Of a stretch of 64,000 nt of DNA, positions 62,652 to 64,000 are shown piece after piece. The stretch comes from Raillietiella orientalis. Its lineage: Eukaryota. Each line of letters starts with the position of its first letter. Position 1 is the first letter of the stretch. The position numbers and the translations under genes are program-made. The stretch covers positions 1-64,000 of the forward strand of contig JAYWIR010000076.1 in the NCBI GenBank assembly GCA_036172245.1, written 5' to 3'. The notes below the pieces were generated by a model. The model saw only the letters and a program-made list of their open reading frames with translations, searched no databases and was not told the DNA's origin.

Positions 62652-64000
62652 CGAGTGCGGACGTGTTTTTCTTCGCTCTCGTCTCCGTGCTTTCATCCGC
62701 TTCATCTTGGCGTCGTACATTTTGACGACGATGTCGAACCAACCCGGAGCTACTGAAGTTGGAGGAACAGCATCCGGATCTGCAATCGCGGAACCGACGG
62801 CCGCCTCCACTTCGTCTTTCTCGCCAATGGAGAGGAGTTTTGCTGACGTTGCTGCCACAGCAGCCGTCAAAGGGAAACCACTCGACGAGTCGGAGTTGCG
62901 GGAATACCTAGCCCAAGGCTATAGACCTGCTCTCCGATATAAGGTGAGTGGTTTTCTTTCTGCGCGCGACGGGAATCAGTTCAACGGTGAACTGACCCGT
63001 GTTGGCGTGCGGGAGTACGACCTCCTCGCCATTATGCCCGTGAAGGATATGATCTATTTCAAGGTGCGTTGCAAAGACGCTGCACTTGTGCAACGCTTGC
63101 TGCGCACCCCGTTGTCGATACGTGGCCAGAAGTTCTTCCCGGCCTCCATGGACGACTCATTTGTGGCGGAGATTTTCGACATCGAGTCGGAAATCTCCGA
63201 TATTGATATTCGGAATGCGTTGGCGAAATTCGCCACGGTCCATGCGCTGTGGAGGGTGCGTAGCAACCTCAAGGACTTCCCGTCCATACACAGCGGAAGT
63301 CGCTGGAGTCCGGCTTACAATGCCGGACCGCCGTCTGCTACCCACCAAACTACAGGTGAAAGACACGGTCGTTCGCCTGCGGTCCGCGGGCAAAGTAAGA
63401 ACGTGCGAGCAATGAGGGAAAAAGGGGCATTGTTTGGATAAATGCCCCTCTGGAAAATGCCGTTATTGCAAACTATCCGGACACCAATTGAAAAATTCCC
63501 CGGATCTTTTGCGAAAAAAGGCAGCCGCGGAGATCCATCTTAAAAAACAAAGCGCGGATAAAAAAAAAAAATCTGCGAAAAACCTGGAGACCCTACGGCA
63601 CAAATTCCGTAAAAACGCGAAGCGGAATGTCGCCCCAAAGCAGCAGGATAACTCATACGCAAAGCCCTGCGCGCCCCCTCTCGCGGCAGGGAAGCCGCAA
63701 AAGAAAGGGTGCGGGGAATCCGGGGCAATGGTAAGTCCCCCTTATGCGCAATCGCTGTCCTTCGCAAGCACGCCCGGCTCTCTCGGAGTTCGAGCAACCG
63801 GCGGGGACGCCAATGGACAACGGCGGTAAGGACACTTCCAGTACCGTCAGATCCATTCCTTCACCTCCTGCAGTGGCTGAGAAGCCCAAATCAAGTAAGA
63901 AGGGTTGTGCCGTGTCGACTTCGAAAGTCGGCAAAAAAGAATCCGCGTCGCGATCCAACATCGCGAAAGCGGAGAAAAATCTCACGCCGTCGCAGTCGGA
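62652..64000 (+). mobile_element. Tx1-like element, family F, 5' end and ORF1 (runs off window)
   Basis: 5' motif 62659; GYRPALRYKVSG..LVQRLLRTPL, as in ORF1 at 16170. Confidence 0.9.

Noticed and set aside
1..64000. Prokaryotic RT systems (group II intron, retron, DGR) or CRISPR array
   Set aside because: The RTs are fused to AP or restriction-like endonucleases with gag-like ORF1, AATAAA and TSDs; there is no regularly spaced repeat-spacer array

Overview
Eukaryotic (animal-type) genomic DNA with no confidently identifiable host gene. About 80% of the window (1-27.25 kb and 39.2-64 kb) consists of ~20 nested, mostly degraded copies of GC-rich L1/Tx1-clade non-LTR retrotransposons. Their ORF1 carries CCHC zinc knuckles, and their ORF2 is AP endonuclease + reverse transcriptase + C-terminal Cys/His domain. 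I sort them by eye into working families A, B, D, F and H (my labels). The copies share a 5' terminal motif (GGACGTGTTT) and a 3' terminal AATAAA + CCCGG..CCGGG hairpin with no poly(A) tail, which lets the nesting be reconstructed, including several target-site duplications (TSDs). The main observation is that the families appear to insert into each other at recurrent positions. Family B lands antisense on the (H/R)KAFD codons of the RT gene of its relatives (5 junctions), while family A lands at one fixed position in ORF1 of family B. Also present: a near-intact 5.9-kb copy with a perfect 15-bp TSD, a twin-priming 5' inversion with a 12-bp TSD, a recombinant copy, a mitochondrial 16S rRNA NUMT, a degenerate Utopia/NeSL-like (restriction-like endonuclease) retroelement, and a lower-GC island (27.3-36 kb) that I cannot annotate. 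Family assignments and most internal boundaries are by-eye estimates.
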